From positions 224,001 to 288,000 of the forward strand of contig JBFIHX010000002.1 in NCBI GenBank assembly GCA_041601615.1: a stretch of 64,000 nt of DNA. Direction: 5' to 3'. The notes under the pieces are model-generated. The model had not been told where the DNA came from. It searched no databases and saw nothing but the letters and a program-made list of their open reading frames with translations. Positions 63,752 through 64,000 of the stretch are shown here, one piece after another. The stretch's first letter is position 1. The number at the start of each line of letters is the position of its first letter. Origin of the DNA: Thermoplasmatota archaeon (GTDB lineage: Archaea > Thermoplasmatota > E2 > JACPAO01 > JAHFTW01). Made by a program: the position numbers and the translations under genes.

Positions 63752-64000
63752 TTAGGTTGTAAGGTTGCGCAGGATGTGCCATTGGGCGACGGCGGCTTCG
63801 ACGGCGTGTTTGCCGTTGACGACGCGGGCTTCGGCTTGTTTCCAGGTCATGCCGGGGCCGATGACGCCGAAGCCTACGGGTTTGCCTGTGGCCAGCGATA
63901 CGTCTTGGAGGCTTTTGGCGGTGGCGTGGGTGATCACTTCGTCGTGTTTGGTTTCACCGCTGACGACGCAGCCGAGGGCGACGACGCAGTCGATGTCGTC
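63752..64000 (-). CDS. ribH: 6,7-dimethyl-8-ribityllumazine synthase (3' part)
   Basis: DDIDCVVALGCVVSGETKHDEVI...GKPVGFGVIGPGM; frame is open to the window edge. Confidence 0.9.
   Translation of the reverse strand, partial: DDIDCVVALGCVVSGETKHDEVITHATAKSLQDVSLATGKPVGFGVIGPGMTWKQAEARVVNGKHAVEAAVAQWHILRNLTT

Overview
High-GC archaeal genomic window. Marker genes include rpl10e, rpl21e, rpo4, pus10, arcS/RaSEA, dtdA, PINA ATPase and oapABC; overall content suggests Thermoplasmatota, which is an inference. The main feature is a co-oriented minus-strand cluster: acyl-CoA carboxyltransferase, a 3183-aa type I PKS/FAS megasynthase, and bioY. The megasynthase has the unusual order KS-AT-KS-ACPx4-KR-DH-PPTase. 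Both KS domains keep Cys-His-His, and all four ACPs carry Thr instead of the phosphopantetheinylated Ser (DLGIDTVK) alongside a fused PPTase. Other notable items: (1) an integron-like single gene cassette (attI-like core, ORF, attC) next to a tRNA-Asp/Asp/Val cluster; (2) a 77-bp tandem repeat encoding translationally coupled MPHQ mini-ORFs in front of oapC; (3) a phosphate island with a shared palindromic operator, CTCTATAG-N-CTATAGAG; (4) a TumE-like toxin-antitoxin pair; (5) a copper/nitrite island (cupredoxin-fused NirK, cupredoxin-fused two-domain MCO, wHTH regulator plus membrane partner) with a shared double TTCTCA-N4-TGAGAA operator. All calls are by motif recognition only; no database searches were run.
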